From a virus (lineage: Duplodnaviria > Caudoviricetes): a stretch of DNA of 62,760 bases. The notes under the pieces are model-generated. The model saw only the letters and a list, made by a program, of their open reading frames with translations. It was not told the origin of the DNA and searched no databases. The translations under genes were made by a program, and so were the position numbers. The stretch is taken from the IMG/VR virus record IMGVR_UViG_3300044707_000497, positions 1 to 62,760 of that record; one strand, written 5' to 3'. How positions within the stretch are numbered: the stretch's first letter is position 1; the number at the start of each line of letters is the position of its first letter. This document shows positions 61,598 to 62,760 of this stretch, piece after piece.

Positions 61598-62760
61598 CTA
61601 GCGCATGGCAAGGATTGATCTGTTGTGAACGCCAAAAACTTGTGACTTGAAGTATTGCTGCGTCATCTGGTCGGCGAGCAATTTCTTGCCTGCGTCAAAC
61701 GAGCCTGCCTTACCTTGGGTAAGGATAGCCAGAGCGGCCTGCGACACGGCTTCGTAGTTGTTCAGATACATGGAGTCTGTATCCGCCAGATGCGGCACGA
61801 ATCGGCGCTTGGCGAGGTAACGAACAAGGGTCTCCTTGTTTTCTTGCGGCACTGAAACAAAGTATCTGCGCTTCGTGATTCCGTCATCAGGATCGACAGC
61901 CTCTCCTCGGTCGCTGAACCCGCTGCGCCAAGGCTCCTCAGTAGTCTTGATGCCTGTCCCTCCACGCATGTATTCAGCGAAGCGGTCGTGGACTGGACGG
62001 GGATCACCGTCGAAGGTCACAAACAAGACTGTCTCGACCTCGCGGGGCAGGAATACCTCGCCGGATTGCTCCAGGGTAAAAGAGTAGTCTGCGACTGTGC
62101 CGACCCACTTGCCGCTGTTCATCAAGGCTTCCTCGGCGCTCGTCACAGCGCGTTTGATTGCGTTGTTTGAGAAAGTCAACGCCCCATCGAACCCCAATCC
62201 AATGCGCCCCCAGTAGTAGCCAAAGCTGTTCGGAGAGCCAAGCGAAAGCTCCATGCGAAGGGTGCGTCGGAAAGTTTCGTCGTTTGCCACGACATCGCGC
62301 TCGATTAAATCCAACGCGGATTTCTTGAGCCCTAGGGAAAGTTCCGACTGTCCTTCCAGAGCGGCCAGGTAACTTTCCACCAAGAGACGCTTTTGCTCGT
62401 AGGTTGCTGGCGGGGTTGGAATGTCATCGTCATCGCTACGAGCCACAAATTTTTGATGTGAGATCGCGTCGCTCACCGCTTGGTTTAGCAGCTTCGTCAT
62501 GCGCGAAGTCGGAACCTTGAGCCCCGTGGGGAGTTCATTGTGCAACCGCCCGACCTCCCCGATTACGGCTTTGCGGGACTTTCCTACCACAGCGATAATA
62601 TCTCTTTCAATCAAGTCCAGCGCCTCTTTTTTGAGCGCCATGGCAGGCTCAACTGCCGCTTGGGCTGTGGCGATGTAGCTCTCAACGAGTTTCTTCTTTA
62701 CCTCAAAAGAGACTGTCAGGCTCGGCCCGTCCAACTCCTCCCGCCTTTGTAAAAACTCCA
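61598..62760 (-). CDS. Tail (tubular/adaptor-like) structural protein, 5'-truncated by the window edge
   Basis: Frame stays open to 62760; internal duplication KKKLVESY...LKKEALDLIERD / KRLLVESY...LKKSALDLIERD. Confidence 0.6.
   Translation of the reverse strand, partial: EFLQRREELDGPSLTVSFEVKKKLVESYIATAQAAVEPAMALKKEALDLIERDIIAVVGKSRKAVIGEVGRLHNELPTGLKVPTSRMTKLLNQAVSDAISHQKFVARSDDDDIPTPPATYEQKRLLVESYLAALEGQSELSLGLKKSALDLIERDVVANDETFRRTLRMELSLGSPNSFGYYWGRIGLGFDGALTFSNNAIKRAVTSAEEALMNSGKWVGTVADYSFTLEQSGEVFLPREVETVLFVTFDGDPRPVHDRFAEYMRGGTGIKTTEEPWRSGFSDRGEAVDPDDGITKRRYFVSVPQENKETLVRYLAKRRFVPHLADTDSMYLNNYEAVSQAALAILTQGKAGSFDAGKKLLADQMTQQYFKSQVFGVHNRSILAMR

Noticed and set aside
1-62760. Stop-codon reassignment suggested by frequent CTAG
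   Set aside because: Standard code gives dense, full-length genes, and TAG, TGA and TAA all terminate genes with coupled neighbours.

Overview
The window is part of a temperate podovirus-like tailed phage genome in its excised (attP-intact) form; a Verrucomicrobia-like host is a weak inference. Left arm (- strand): partial portal, HNH, M15 endolysin, 3-TM holin, a tail-fibre/collagen/LRR cluster and terL. Centre (+ strand): attP (tRNA-Asp 3' end plus arm repeats), tyrosine integrase, RHH/HTH regulators, resolvase, helicase-Cas4-like nuclease fusion, SSB-like gene, Pol A, overlapping primase/helicase and an ECF sigma factor. A 1.5-kb non-coding region follows, then about 35 early genes (ligase core, ArdC-N, AAA+/vWA pair, histone-like, TerS-like). 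Right arm (- strand): a 3812-aa polyvalent virion protein, ejection proteins, a sulfotransferase/citrate-synthase-fold fusion and a partial tail protein. No capsid gene lies in the window. The most notable signals are at the RNA/DNA level: (1) the first early gene is bracketed by a twister and a hammerhead ribozyme and preceded by a ~660-nt highly structured RNA; (2) an intact initiator-tRNA cloverleaf sits in frame inside the giant virion gene; (3) a covarying pseudoknot RNA occurs twice; (4) the palindrome CCCTAGGG occurs at least 16 times; (5) candidate promoters for the phage sigma factor carry a recurrent TAATAACCGT box. All calls are from reading the sequence by eye; no searches were run.
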